64,000 nucleotides of DNA from Candidatus Oxydemutatoraceae bacterium (GTDB lineage Bacteria; Pseudomonadota; Gammaproteobacteria; Poriferisulfidales; Oxydemutatoraceae). Positions 28,854 to 39,634 of this stretch are shown in pieces; position 1 is the first letter of the stretch, and each line of letters starts with the position of its first letter. The stretch is taken from assembly GCA_965220085.1 (NCBI GenBank), contig CBDCOZ010000003.1, positions 736,001-800,000 of the forward strand, given 5' to 3'. Position numbers and translations under genes: made by a program. Below the pieces are notes generated by a model. The model did not search any database. It worked only from the letters and a program-made list of their open reading frames with translations, and was not told the DNA's origin.

Positions 28854-29551
28854 ACAATCTTCACTCTCTTGTCAAAACAATTATAAAGTTGTCTGGTTTT
28901 CACTCTGAAGCCGGTGCCGTGGTTGCGCACAGATCCGTTCGGACGGTAATACATCCTAAAATCAACAACAATGGCATCCTTTTTCACCATGTTTTTGAAG
29001 CGCGCAAAACCAAAACCCTCTAAGAAGTATGCTTCGTTGAAATGAAAATGTTCGGTTCCTTTTATTTCCTTTGAATCAGCCAGAGCATAGACAAGCGCCG
29101 GAAGTTTGGTCTCAAATTTTCTCTTCAAGTCTTCCATATTCCAGCAGATATTTAGTCTTTCCCCCCTGCCAACAACGCGAACTTTATCCCTTTCAACTTT
29201 AAGCTTTAGCCCTTGATTATTATATCGTTTGCAAGAAAGAGAGCTGTGCAGTTCTTTGGATCGTCCATTTTCTCTTTTTGAATATCCAAAATTATTAAGC
29301 AGTATTCGGTTGCGATTGCCGCCTTTGGGTTGTGGTTCAAGAGTAAACAGAGTTAGCATTGACGTTGCATTTTTTCGGCACGTCTTGAGTTCGGCAATCT
29401 CACCAATGTCGGGAAGCGGAATATTATTTTCTTTTATTTTAAGCAAATCTTCGAGAGTTTTGCCAATTCCCGTATCCCCCTTGCGGTGCGTTTTAACAAA
29501 GCCAAGAGATTCTATTCTATTCAGTTTCTTTTTGAGCTGGTTTAGTGTCAT
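28850..29551 (-). CDS. Type II restriction endonuclease, MvaI/BcnI family
   Basis: GDTGIGKTLE.LL.I.ENN...PD....ELK, LTLFT.EP, RNHGTGFR. Confidence 0.85.
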   Translation of the reverse strand: MTLNQLKKKLNRIESLGFVKTHRKGDTGIGKTLEDLLKIKENNIPLPDIGEIAELKTCRKNATSMLTLFTLEPQPKGGNRNRILLNNFGYSKRENGRSKELHSSLSCKRYNNQGLKLKVERDKVRVVGRGERLNICWNMEDLKRKFETKLPALVYALADSKEIKGTEHFHFNEAYFLEGFGFARFKNMVKKDAIVVDFRMYYRPNGSVRNHGTGFRVKTRQLYNCFDKRVKIV

Positions 29552-29552
29552 G

Positions 29553-29783
29553 TTACTTCACAAAATAATCCAAGGGCTTTTTATATAACCTGGCAAACTC
29601 TTTTAGTTGCAGCACATCAAAACGCCTCTGCCCTGATTCAATTTTGGAAATATAGGACTGTGTTCGGCCAATAGCTTTCGCTGCCTGCGCCTGATCCAAG
29701 CCCGCTTCAAAGCGCGCCTTTTTCAGACGCTTCACAATCTTTTGGTGCTCTTCCTTGTATATTGCTCGTGGCATATGCCTCAA
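29553..29783 (-). CDS. XRE-family HTH protein (probable R-M controller)
   Basis: LK.AR..AGL.Q...A......QSYISKIESGQRR.D; upstream of the REase. Confidence 0.85.
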   Translation of the reverse strand: MRHMPRAIYKEEHQKIVKRLKKARFEAGLDQAQAAKAIGRTQSYISKIESGQRRFDVLQLKEFARLYKKPLDYFVK

Positions 29784-29893
29784 GATTTAATATTCCATTT
29801 AGGAATATTCCAAAATGTCATATAGTATCTATGTGATGAGATGGTGTGCCACTTTGCGACACTGTTCGGCGGTTTCGGGCAGAAAGCGCAGAT

Positions 29894-29983
29894 TGGCGGA
29901 GAGGGAGGGATTCGAACCCCCGGTGGGCGCAAACCCACAACGGTTTTCAAGACCGCCGCTTTCGACCACTCAGCCACCTCTCC
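29894..29983 (-). tRNA. tRNA-Ser(TGA), identical second copy
   Basis: Same 90-nt sequence as 26634-26723. Confidence 0.95.
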
Positions 29984-30315
29984 GCAGGGCGGGTATTCTA
30001 GCACTCAGGAGGTTGCGGTACGCAAGGCGCACAACAGCCGCCTCTCCGCAGGGCGGGTATTCTAGCGCTCAGGAGGCCGCGATGTGCGGGGCGCACTATT
30101 CTAGCACTCAGGAGGTTGCGGTATGCAAGGCGCACAACAGCCGCCTCTCCGCAGGGCGGGTATTCTAGCGCTCAGGAGGCCGCGATGTGCGGGGGCGCAC
30201 TATTCTAGCGCTCAGGAGGCCGCGATGTGCGGGGGCGCACTATTCTAGCGCTCAGGAGGCCGCGGTATGCAAGGCGCACAACAGCCGCCTCTCCGCAAGG
30301 CAGGTATCCTGGCGC
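29984..30315. repeat. Tandem copies (about 6) of the tRNA-Ser upstream/promoter segment
   Basis: tattctagc[a/g]ctcaggagg at 29993, 30058, 30097, 30161, 30201, 30241 (minus strand TAGAAT -10). Confidence 0.85.
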
Positions 30316-30390
30316 TTGCCAACCATGCCCAGCTCTTGCCAACTATGATATGATTTACAAATATGCCTGAATAATCATAGGAGGATTACC

Positions 30391-31050
30391 ATGGAAAGAG
30401 CAATTTCCCATCAACACACTTTAACGTTGGCGACTAACCGCGTCATACGCAACACATATCTGCTGTTATCACTGACGCTCGCTGTCAGCGCGCTAACGGC
30501 CTTGTTTGCCATGGCCGCCAACGCCAGACCCGTGAATTTCATCGTGGTCTTAGCGGTGTTCATCGGCATGCCATTTGTGATACACCGGTTTCGCACCAGC
30601 GTGTGGTCATTGCCACTCACCTTTTTGTTCACCGCGTTCATGGGGTATGTCATCGGCCCGATTCTCGGCTATTATCTGGCCTTGCCGAACGGCTCGCAGA
30701 TTGTGTTCTCCGCCTTCGCGACAACCGCGGTCATGTTCTTCGGCTTGTCGGCGTATGCGCTGGCAACCCGCCGTGACTTCAGTTTCATGCGCGGCTTCCT
30801 GTTCACCGGTCTGATCATCGTCATACTGGCAATCGTTGCGAACTTGTTTCTCAATATTCCGGCGTTATCACTGACCATCTCCGCCGCAGCGGTCATTCTG
30901 ATGACAGGGATGATCCTGTTTGACACCAGCCGCATGGTAAACGGCGGCGAGACCAACTACGTCCTGATGACCGTATCCCTGTTTGCCAACATCTATGTGC
31001 TGTTCATGCACCTGCTCAACTTGTTCTCAGCGCTCTACGGGCACGAATAA
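30391..31050 (+). CDS. yccA: Bax inhibitor-1/YccA family membrane protein
   Basis: N.V.RNTY.LL.LTL, 7 TM helices, GGETNY...TV.L...IY..F. Confidence 0.9.
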   Translation: MERAISHQHTLTLATNRVIRNTYLLLSLTLAVSALTALFAMAANARPVNFIVVLAVFIGMPFVIHRFRTSVWSLPLTFLFTAFMGYVIGPILGYYLALPNGSQIVFSAFATTAVMFFGLSAYALATRRDFSFMRGFLFTGLIIVILAIVANLFLNIPALSLTISAAAVILMTGMILFDTSRMVNGGETNYVLMTVSLFANIYVLFMHLLNLFSALYGHE

Positions 31051-31115
31051 ATCCGCCCGAGCTTCTGTTTAGAACCGACCCCCGCTATTCTCTGTCAAGA
31101 GAGTAGCGGGGGTTG

Positions 31116-31415
31116 TCCGCCATGCAACCGCCATGCAATCCGCCCTACAGATGCCCCTGCGGCGCACCCAAGATACACCCGCCGATTCAAGTCGTATCCG
31201 CCGTGCAGTCCGCCACACATCCGTCATGCAACCGCCGTGCAGCCCGCATGCAGTCCGCCCTACAGCCCGCATGCAACCGCCGTGCAGTCCGCATGCAGTC
31301 CGCCCTACAGATGTCCCCACGGCGCACCCAAGATACACCCGCCGATTCAAGTCGTATCCGCCGTGCAATCCGCCACACATCCGTCATGCAGTCCGCCGTG
31401 CAGCCCGCCACAGAT
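31116..31415. repeat. Duplicated unit containing an IS481 internal fragment and short atgca[a/g][c/t]cgcc repeats
   Basis: cggcgcacccaagatacacccgccgattcaa at about 31160 and 31320 matches IS 21924-21954. Confidence 0.7.
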
Positions 31416-31444
31416 GCCCAGTGCGTGTCCAATCTCATCGCCGC

Positions 31445-32305
31445 CGCATCATGCATGCCTATTGCAAGCGACAAAGGCATGGGTATAAATCAGATACACA
31501 GATTGGAAGTCATGATTATCAGCGTACCCAAAGAATCATTTGCCGGTGAAAAGCGGGTTGCGCTAACCCCCGATGTCGCACGTCGCCGTGCTCCGTTTCG
31601 GGGAAGGGCAGGCCGCGCCGCGCCGCCGAGCGTCGCCGCATAATGCATGCCTATTGCAAGCGACAAAGGCATAGGGTATAAATCAGATACACAGCTTGGA
31701 AGTCATGATTATCAGCGTCCCCAAAGAATCATTTGCCGGTGAAAAGCGGGTTGCGCTAACCCCCGATGTCGCACCGCGCATAGCCAAGTTGGGTTATGTG
31801 TTGCGCATAGAGCGCGGCGCGGGCGCGGCCGCCGGCTTTGCCGATGCCGACTACGAACAAGCGGGCGTCGCGCCGACGGATGCCGTTGCGATTTGGCGCG
31901 ATACCGACATCATCATGAAGGTGCGACCGGTGAGCGCAGAAGAAGCCGACAAGATTGGGCGCGGCCGCCGCATCATGCATGCCTATTGCAAGCGACAAAG
32001 GCATAGGGTATAAATCAGATACACAGCTTGGAAGTCATGATTATCAGCGTCCCCAAAGAATCATTTGCCGGTGAAAAGCGGGTTGCGCTAACCCCCGATG
32101 TCGCACCGCGCATAGCCAAGTTGGGTTATGTGCTGCGCATAGAGCGCGGCGCGGGCGCGGCCGCCGGCTTTGCCGATGCCGACTACGAACAAGCGGGCGT
32201 CGCGCCGACGGATGCCGTTGCGATTTGGCGCGATACCGACATCATCATGAAGGTGCGACCGGTGAGCGCAGAAGAAGCCGACAAGATTGGGCGCGGCCGC
32301 CGCAT
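31445..32305 (+). repeat. Three extra tandem copies of the pntA promoter and 5' end (one short, two of 332 bp; truncated ORFs 31705-32013 and 32037-32345)
   Basis: TTGCAA..TATAAA at 31462, 31654 and 31986, before the functional copy at 32318. Confidence 0.9.
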
Positions 32306-32368
32306 CATGCATGCCTATTGCAAGCGACAAAGGCATAGGGTATAAATCAGATACACAGCTTGGAAGTC

Positions 32369-33919
32369 ATGATTATCAGCGTCCCCAAAGAATCATTTGC
32401 CGGTGAAAAGCGGGTTGCGCTAACCCCCGATGTCGCACCGCGCATAGCCAAGTTGGGTTATGTGTTGCGCATAGAGCGCGGCGCGGGCGCGGCCGCCGGC
32501 TTTGCCGATGCCGACTACGAACAAGCGGGCGTCGCGCCGACGGATGCCGTTGCGATTTGGCGCGATACCGACATCATCATGAAGGTGCGGCCGGTGAGCG
32601 CAGAAGAAGCCGACAAGGTGGGGCGCGGCGCTGCGCTCATCAGTTTCTTCTGGCCCGCGCAAAACCCGCAACTGCTCCAACGCCTCGCCGACCGCGGCGT
32701 CAATGTGCTCGCAATGGATTGCGTGCCGCGCCTGTCGCGCGCGCAGAAAATGGATGCGCTGAGTTCCATGGCGAACATCGGCGGCTACCGCGCAGTGATA
32801 GAAGCCGCCCACGCCTTCGGACGCTTTTTCACCGGCCAAGTGACCGCCGCCGGCAAGGTCGCGCCGGCAAAGATACTGATCATCGGCGCCGGAGTCGCGG
32901 GCTTAGCGGCGCTAGGCGTCGCAAAAAGCATGGGAGCCATCGTCCGCGCCTTTGATACCCGCCCCGAAGTAAAAGAGCAAGTAGAAAGTCTGGGCGGCGA
33001 GTTTCTGGAGTCGGATTTCGCCTCCGAATCGGGCGCCGGCGCCGGCGGTTATGCCAAAGCGATGAGCGATGAATCCGCCGCCGCCGCAGAAGCATTGCTC
33101 GCCGAGCAAGCGCAAGAAGTCGATATCATCATCACCACCGCGCTGATCCCCGGCAAGCCCGCCCCCAAGCTGATCACAGCCGCCATGGTAAAAAGCATGA
33201 AGCCCGGCAGCGTCATCGTAGACATGGCGGCGGAGCAAGGCGGCAACTGCGAACTGACCCAAGCCGGCGCGGCGGTTGCGCGCGAAGGTGTCAGCATCAT
33301 CGGCTACACCGACTTGCCCGCGCGGCTGGCAGCGCAATCATCGCAGTTGTATAGCACGAACCTGTGTCACTTGCTGGCCGAACTAACCCCGAACAAAGAC
33401 GGTGTCATAGCGATCAACACGGAGGACGAAGTGTTGCGAGGCGTCACCGCCGCATTAGATGGCACCGTGACATGGCCGCCGCCCGCGCCGAAACTCTCCG
33501 CCGCACCGCAGAAGCCGCCTGCCGCCGCACCCGCCGAGCCACCGGTTGCGCCGCCCAAAGAAATGAGCGCGGCGTCAAGACTCAAACTAACCATAGGCGC
33601 CATGGCCGTTGCCTTGCTGGCGTTGCTCGGCGTCGGCAGCATAGCGCCGCCCGAGTTCATGGCGCACTTCACGGTATTCGTGCTGGCGTGTTTTGTCGGC
33701 TACCAAGTCATCTGGAACGTCACCCCGGCGCTGCACACGCCCCTGATGAGCGTCACCAATGCGATCAGCGGGATCATCGTCATCGGCGCGCTGTTGCAGA
33801 TTTCATCATCATCATGGCTGATTGGCGCGCTGGCCTTCGTCGCCGTGTTCATCGCCTCAATCAACATTGCCGGCGGCTTCTTAGTGACGCAAAGAATGTT
33901 AAAGATGTTCAGGAAGTGA
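32369..33919 (+). CDS. pntA: NAD(P) transhydrogenase alpha subunit
   Basis: PKE....[47 protein letters not shown]. Confidence 0.97.
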   Translation: MIISVPKESFAGEKRVALTPDVAPRIAKLGYVLRIERGAGAAAGFADADYEQAGVAPTDAVAIWRDTDIIMKVRPVSAEEADKVGRGAALISFFWPAQNPQLLQRLADRGVNVLAMDCVPRLSRAQKMDALSSMANIGGYRAVIEAAHAFGRFFTGQVTAAGKVAPAKILIIGAGVAGLAALGVAKSMGAIVRAFDTRPEVKEQVESLGGEFLESDFASESGAGAGGYAKAMSDESAAAAEALLAEQAQEVDIIITTALIPGKPAPKLITAAMVKSMKPGSVIVDMAAEQGGNCELTQAGAAVAREGVSIIGYTDLPARLAAQSSQLYSTNLCHLLAELTPNKDGVIAINTEDEVLRGVTAALDGTVTWPPPAPKLSAAPQKPPAAAPAEPPVAPPKEMSAASRLKLTIGAMAVALLALLGVGSIAPPEFMAHFTVFVLACFVGYQVIWNVTPALHTPLMSVTNAISGIIVIGALLQISSSSWLIGALAFVAVFIASINIAGGFLVTQRMLKMFRK

Positions 33920-35590
33920 GTATCTCGGGTCATGTCGTTTAACGAAGGTATGTTAGCCGCCGCTTATAGCGCCGCCCGAGTTCATGGCGCACTTCACGGT
34001 ATTCGTGCTGGCGTGTTTTGTCGGCTACCAAGTCATCTGGAACGTCACCCCGGCGCTGCACACGCCCCTGATGAGCGTCACCAATGCGATCAGCGGGATC
34101 ATCGTCATCGGCGCGCTGTTGCAGATTTCATCATCATCATGGCTGATTGGCGCGCTGGCCTTCGTCGCCGTGTTCATCGCCTCAATCAACATTGCCGGCG
34201 GCTTCTTAGTGACGCAAAGAATGCTAAAAATGTTCAGGAAGTGAGTATCTCGGATCATGTCATTTAACGAAGGTATGTTAGCCGCCGCTTATAGCGCCGC
34301 CCGAGTTCATGGCGCACTTCACGGTATTCGTGCTGGCGTGTTTTGTCGGCTACCAAGTCATCTGGAACGTCACCCCGGCGCTGCACACGCCCCTGATGAG
34401 CGTCACCAATGCGATCAGCGGGATTATCGTCATCGGCGCGCTGTTGCAGATTTCATCATCATCATGGCTGATTGGCGCGCTGGCCTTCGTCGCCGTGTTC
34501 GTCGCCTCAATCAACATTGCCGGCGGCTTCTTAGTGACGCAAAGAATGTTAAAGATGTTCAGGAAGTGAGTATCTCGGGTCATGTCGTTTAACGAAGGTA
34601 TGTTAGCCGCCGCTTATAGCGCCGCCCGAGTTCATGGCGCACTTCACGGTATTCGTGCTGGCGTGTTTTGTCGGCTACCAAGTCATCTGGAACGTCACCC
34701 CGGCGCTGCACACGCCCCTGATGAGCGTCACCAATGCGATCAGCGGAATCATCGTCATCGGCGCGCTGTTGCAGATTTCATCATCATCATGGCTGATTGG
34801 CGCGCTGGCCTTCGTCGCCGTGTTCATCGCCTCAATCAACATTGCCGGCGGCTTCTTAGTGACGCAAAGAATGCTAAAAATGTTCAGGAAGTGAGTATCT
34901 CGGATCATGTCATTTAACGAAGGTATGTTGTCCGCCGCTTATAGCGCCGCCCGAGTTCATGGCGCACTTCACGGTATTCGTGCTGGCGTGTTTTGTCGGC
35001 TACCAAGTCATCTGGAACGTCACCCCGGCGCTGCACACGCCCCTGATGAGCGTCACCAATGCGATCAGCGGGATCATCGTCATCGGCGCGCTGTTGCAGA
35101 TTTCATCATCATCATGGCTGATTGGCGCGCTGGCCTTCGTCGCCGTGTTCGTCGCCTCCATCAACATTGCCGGCGGCTTCTTAGTGACGCAAAGAATGCT
35201 AAAAATGTTCAGGAAGTGAGTATCTCGGATCATGTCATTTAACGAAGGTATGTTGTCCGCCGCTTATAGCGCCGCCCGAGTTCATGGCGCACTTCACGGT
35301 ATTCGTGCTGGCGTGTTTTGTCGGCTACCAAGTCATCTGGAACGTCACCCCGGCGCTGCACACGCCCCTGATGAGCGTCACCAATGCGATCAGCGGGATC
35401 ATCGTCATCGGCGCGCTGTTGCAGATTTCATCATCATCATGGCTGATTGGCGCGCTGGCCTTCGTCGCCGTGTTCATCGCCTCAATCAACATTGCCGGCG
35501 GCTTCTTAGTGACGCAAAGAATGCTAAAGATGTTCAGGAAGTGAGTATCTCGGGTCATGTCATTTAACGAAGGTATGTTAGCCGCCGCGT
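33641..35590 (+). repeat. 325-bp unit x6 spanning pntA 3' end and pntB start; five extra 86-aa PntA membrane-domain ORFs (33984, 34309, 34634, 34959, 35284)
   Basis: Exact 325-bp period in the ORF track; copies differ by scattered SNPs. Confidence 0.92.
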
Positions 35591-36942
35591 ATATCGCCGC
35601 CGCCGTGCTGTTCATTTTGAGCCTGTCCGGCCTGAGCCATCAAGAGACGGCCCGCCGCGGCAACATCTGCGGCATCATCGGCATGGCCATCGCCATACTC
35701 GCGACCGCACTCAACCCCGATGTCGACGCTTACATGCGGATAGCCATCGCGATGGCCTTGGGCGCCGCCGTCGGCATGTATCTGGCGAGGAAAGTGGCGA
35801 TGACGCAGATGCCCGAACTGGTGGCCATCCTGCACAGCCTCGTCGGCTTGGCGGCGGTACTGGTCGGCTTTGCGAGTTACAGCGACCCGTCTTCGGCGCG
35901 CATCGGCGCCGCGCAAACGATATACGAAGTTGAAATTTATCTCGGCGTTCTCATCGGCGCGGTGACGTTTTCCGGCTCGGTTATCGCCTGGGGAAAATTG
36001 AGCGGCGCCATCGGAAGCAAACCGCTGCTGCTGCCCGCGCACCACTGGCTGAACTCGGCCATCTTGGCGGCGGTCATCGTCATCGGCCACTGGTTCATAG
36101 GCAACGATGCCGGCGCGCTGCCGCTGTTGCTGATGACCGCGCTGGCGTTGTTATTCGGCGCGCACATGGTGATGGCGATAGGCGGCGCCGACATGCCGGT
36201 GGTCATCTCCATGCTCAACAGTTACTCCGGTTGGGCGGCGGCGGCGACCGGATTCATGTTGTCCAACGACCTGCTGATCGTCGTCGGCGCTTTGGTCGGC
36301 AGTTCCGGCGCCATTTTGAGTTACATCATGTGCCGCGCGATGAACCGCAAATTCCTCCGAGTCATTCTGGGCGGCTTTGGAGAATCCGCGGCGAGCGGCG
36401 ACAGCGCGGACGCGCAAGGCGAAGCGGTCTCCGTCTCCGCCGAAGAAGTCGGCGGCTTGCTGGGCGATGCGCAAGAGGTTGTGATAGTGCCCGGCTATGG
36501 CATGGCGGTCGCCAATGCGCAACACGCGGTGTCGCGGCTCACACAGATATTGCGCGAGCGGGGCGTCCGCGTGCGTTTCGCCATCCACCCGGTCGCGGGG
36601 CGCATGCCCGGGCACATGAATGTCCTGCTTGCCGAAGCGCAGATTCCCTATGACCTGGTGCTGGAGATGGATGAAATTAACGCCGACTTTCCGCAAACCG
36701 ACGCAGCCATCGTCATCGGCGCCAACGACATCGTAAACCCGTCGGCGCAAGAAAGCGCGAACAGCCCGATTGCCGGCATGCCGGTGCTGGAAGTATGGAA
36801 CGCAAAAACCGTCATCGTCTCCAAGCGGAGCATGGCCGCCGGATACTCCGGCGTCGAGAACCCGCTCTTTTTCAAAGACAACACGCGCATGCTGTTTGGC
36901 GATGCGCGCAACAGCATGGATGCGGTCTGCGCATCGCTATAA
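35557..36942 (+). CDS. pntB: NAD(P) transhydrogenase beta subunit
   Basis: [59 protein letters not shown]. Confidence 0.97.
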   Translation: MSFNEGMLAAAYIAAAVLFILSLSGLSHQETARRGNICGIIGMAIAILATALNPDVDAYMRIAIAMALGAAVGMYLARKVAMTQMPELVAILHSLVGLAAVLVGFASYSDPSSARIGAAQTIYEVEIYLGVLIGAVTFSGSVIAWGKLSGAIGSKPLLLPAHHWLNSAILAAVIVIGHWFIGNDAGALPLLLMTALALLFGAHMVMAIGGADMPVVISMLNSYSGWAAAATGFMLSNDLLIVVGALVGSSGAILSYIMCRAMNRKFLRVILGGFGESAASGDSADAQGEAVSVSAEEVGGLLGDAQEVVIVPGYGMAVANAQHAVSRLTQILRERGVRVRFAIHPVAGRMPGHMNVLLAEAQIPYDLVLEMDEINADFPQTDAAIVIGANDIVNPSAQESANSPIAGMPVLEVWNAKTVIVSKRSMAAGYSGVENPLFFKDNTRMLFGDARNSMDAVCASL

Positions 36943-37139
36943 GTGTTCGGTTTCGCCCGCCGCAACAAAACCGCCCGCACAAAACTGTCCGCGCAAAACC
37001 GCCCGCGCACAAAACCGTCATCGCCGCCTCACGGATGCGGCACAAACCGCGCATTGCCCCCGCGGGCAATCATGCCTCTCTTTGCTCGGCGATGCGGGCG
37101 CCGACCCCGCCGCCCGGCGTTTCTTTCATCGATCAGTTT

Positions 37140-37270
37140 CCGCGCCCGCCTCAAAAGGGCCGCTGTGCGGCGCCGACGCTCCGGTGACAGAGGGCAATCT
37201 GCGGCTACGCCTTTTCCCGGAAGCCCCCCTGCGCTTGCGGCTACGCCTTTTCCTTGAAGACCCTTGCAAT
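37140..37270 (+). pseudogene. Remnant 3' end of a tail-family gene with duplicated tail (PASKGPLC...LRLRLFPEAPLRLRLRLFLEDPCN)
   Basis: Resembles PASEGPLCS..RVTE..RLRLRLF of 62269-63161; followed by about 150 bp shared with 3053-3200. Confidence 0.6.
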
Positions 37271-37347
37271 AATGCGGGTATCCTGCGGCAGAGCAGGGGA
37301 GTATTACGGGGCGCAGACAAGGGGAATAAGGCAGGATACAAGGGCGC

Positions 37348-37615
37348 TTGCAAATGATTGACACTGTGGTATAGTGCGATTCATAAAGGATGGTCGGAGA
37401 CACCAGCGCTGTTTTTCTTGCAAAAGGCTTGTGCTTTAGCAGACTACGGCGCTAAGAGTACCGACATTAAGCAGTCCACAAACAGTTTGTGGAGCGCAAA
37501 CAGTGATGGAACGCAAACAATTTGAGGAACCACAAACAATTAAATATTGTTTGTGCTCTTATACCGTTTGTGCCTCTTATTACCGTGCCTCTAAATACTG
37601 TTTGTGTACATAATA
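37348..37615 (+). promoter_or_regulatory. Tail-family leader: promoter TTGCAA-16-TATAGT plus CACAAAC/GTTTGTG array
   Basis: Homologous to 3169-3530; palindrome tccacaaacagtttgtgga at about 37475. Confidence 0.6.
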
Positions 37616-37654
37616 ACTTGCATTTACCGGAGATAAACCATGAGGAGTAATAGC

Positions 37655-39463
37655 ATGAACCGACAAAATTTTAATACTGCCCCCTCTAGCATGCGGAAGC
37701 AATTGTGTTTGCAAGCATATAGCGAGAATCAAGAGAATGTTAATATTACCCCCCCCCCCCCCCCCCCGCGTTGTCAGGGCAGGGTAACCCGGCATAGCCT
37801 CTGGTCGCTTCTTCTGCCGCTCCTGCTTGCGCTCTGCGCTCAGGCGCAAGCGCAGACCGATAGCCACGCCATAGGCGCGCCTATCGTCACAGCGGCGGAC
37901 AGCGCCGACTTGACGATAGCGGGCTCCGCCGAGGACAGCATCTTCATCGCCGCCCAGAGCGCCATAGCCTATGCCGATGGCATAACCGCCTTCGGCCACA
38001 CCCGGGGCATGACAAGCGGCGAGCTTGACGGTGCTGCCAACTCTGTCAACAACCCCCCGACGATCATCCATGCCGCTGACACCAGCGAGACTCCGCGTCG
38101 GCAAGCGCCCGGCAAAGACGGACAGGCCGGGCCCGGCGACGACGACATACAGCCGATAGCGACAGACAACACCAGAGCCACCGCGATCGCAGTCACATTG
38201 GGAACCCCGGTATCAGCGACCATCTCACCGGGAGGGGATGTTGATTTCTACAGCTTCACGCTGACTTCGTCCCTGGTGGTCACTATTCAAACCACAGGCA
38301 TGACTGATGTAGATGGGGAACTGCAGAACAGTACGGGCACAGTATTGGAATCTGATGATGATCAGGCCGCCAACCTCAACTTCAGGATTGACAGACATCT
38401 TAATGCGGGCACTTACTACATAAGAGTTTTCGGCTCCAACGGTGCAATAACAGGAAACTACAGTCTGAGCGTAACAAGCGACTCCACAAGAGATGGCGCA
38501 AACGCAATAACATTGGGAGCCACTGTATCAGATTCTATCTCACCGAATACGGATATTGATTACTACCGTTTTGCGCTGGCTTCGCCCTCAGCGGTCACTA
38601 TTCAAACCATAGGCACAGCACTTAACACTACAGGACAACTGCAGGACAGTACGGGCACAGTATTGGAATCTGATCGTAGCAGCGGCGCAGGCGGCAACTT
38701 CAGGATTCAAAGAATTCTTGGCGCGGGAACTTATTACATAAGAGTTGCCAGCAGTGTCTCCAGTCAAGGAACATTCGAAGCAGGAAATTACGGTCTGAGC
38801 GTAACAGGCGCAACCGCAGTAACAGCGAGAACCCCCGTATCGGATTCCATCTCCAGGACGGGGGATGTTGATTACTACCGTTTTGCGCTGGCCTCGCCCG
38901 CACCGGTTGTTATTGAAACCACAGGCATGACTGACACCAAAGGACAACTGCATAACAGCGCGGGCACAGTATTGGAAGCTGATAACAATGACGGCACAGG
39001 CGCCAACTTCAGGATTGAAAGAGTTCTTAGCGCGGGCGCTTATTTCATAAGAGTTGCCGGTCAGGTCTTGGAGCTAACAACAGGAAATTACGGTCTGAGC
39101 GTAACAGAGGTTAGTACAACCCCAGTGACAGTGGGAACCCCGGTATCAGGGTCCATCTCACCGGCGGGAGATGTTGATTACTACAGTTTTACCCTGGCCC
39201 AGCCCTTAGCGGTCATTATTGAAACCACAGGCACGAGTAACCCATCAGGGCAACTGCTAGACAGCGCGGGCACAGAACTGGGCAGAGATTTTCTTAGCGG
39301 CGCGGGCGATAATTTCAGGATTGAAAGAGAGCTTGGCGCGGGCGATTATTTCATAAGAGTTCAAGGCCAGGTCCCCTCGGTAACAGGAAATTACGGTCTG
39401 AGCGTCACAACCACAGACATACGTTTGCGGCTGCGCCTCTTCCTTGAGGGCCCCCTGCGGTAG
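37655..39463 (+). CDS. Secreted PPC (pre-peptidase C-terminal-like) repeat protein with LRLRLFLEGPLR tail; poly-C (C19, 37749-37767) in frame, putative phase-ON
   Basis: GAGGAG-ATG 37655; signal ...LALCAQAQAQ; four units of ISP.GDVDYY.F.L.....V.I.T.G...G.L..S.G......NFRI.R.L.AG.Y.IRV. Confidence 0.82.
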   Translation: MNRQNFNTAPSSMRKQLCLQAYSENQENVNITPPPPPPRCQGRVTRHSLWSLLLPLLLALCAQAQAQTDSHAIGAPIVTAADSADLTIAGSAEDSIFIAAQSAIAYADGITAFGHTRGMTSGELDGAANSVNNPPTIIHAADTSETPRRQAPGKDGQAGPGDDDIQPIATDNTRATAIAVTLGTPVSATISPGGDVDFYSFTLTSSLVVTIQTTGMTDVDGELQNSTGTVLESDDDQAANLNFRIDRHLNAGTYYIRVFGSNGAITGNYSLSVTSDSTRDGANAITLGATVSDSISPNTDIDYYRFALASPSAVTIQTIGTALNTTGQLQDSTGTVLESDRSSGAGGNFRIQRILGAGTYYIRVASSVSSQGTFEAGNYGLSVTGATAVTARTPVSDSISRTGDVDYYRFALASPAPVVIETTGMTDTKGQLHNSAGTVLEADNNDGTGANFRIERVLSAGAYFIRVAGQVLELTTGNYGLSVTEVSTTPVTVGTPVSGSISPAGDVDYYSFTLAQPLAVIIETTGTSNPSGQLLDSAGTELGRDFLSGAGDNFRIERELGAGDYFIRVQGQVPSVTGNYGLSVTTTDIRLRLRLFLEGPLR

Positions 39464-39494
39464 CGCGGACAATTCACATGCAGGAGACCTAATA

Positions 39495-39632
39495 ATGTTT
39501 GTATCAATTCACTCTCTTAGAATTTGCGCGCCGATGATGCTCGCTTGCGCTTTCGCATTCGCCGCGAGCAGTGCGCAAGCGCAAACCAATTGTCCGGATG
39601 GGCAGGAGAATGTTCGCGTGCAGGAGACTTAA
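39495..39632 (+). pseudogene. Truncated duplicate of the signal peptide and start of the Cys-rich genes
   Basis: MFVSIHSL...SAQAQTNCPDGQENVR then stop; 140-bp duplication. Confidence 0.7.
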
Positions 39633-39634
39633 TA

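Noticed and set aside
19088-29983. Prophage or ICE
   Set aside because: No integrase, structural, replication or conjugation genes.
33932-35567. 111-aa MSFNEG... ORFs as real genes
   Set aside because: They are pntB starts fused out of frame to pntA sequence by the duplication.
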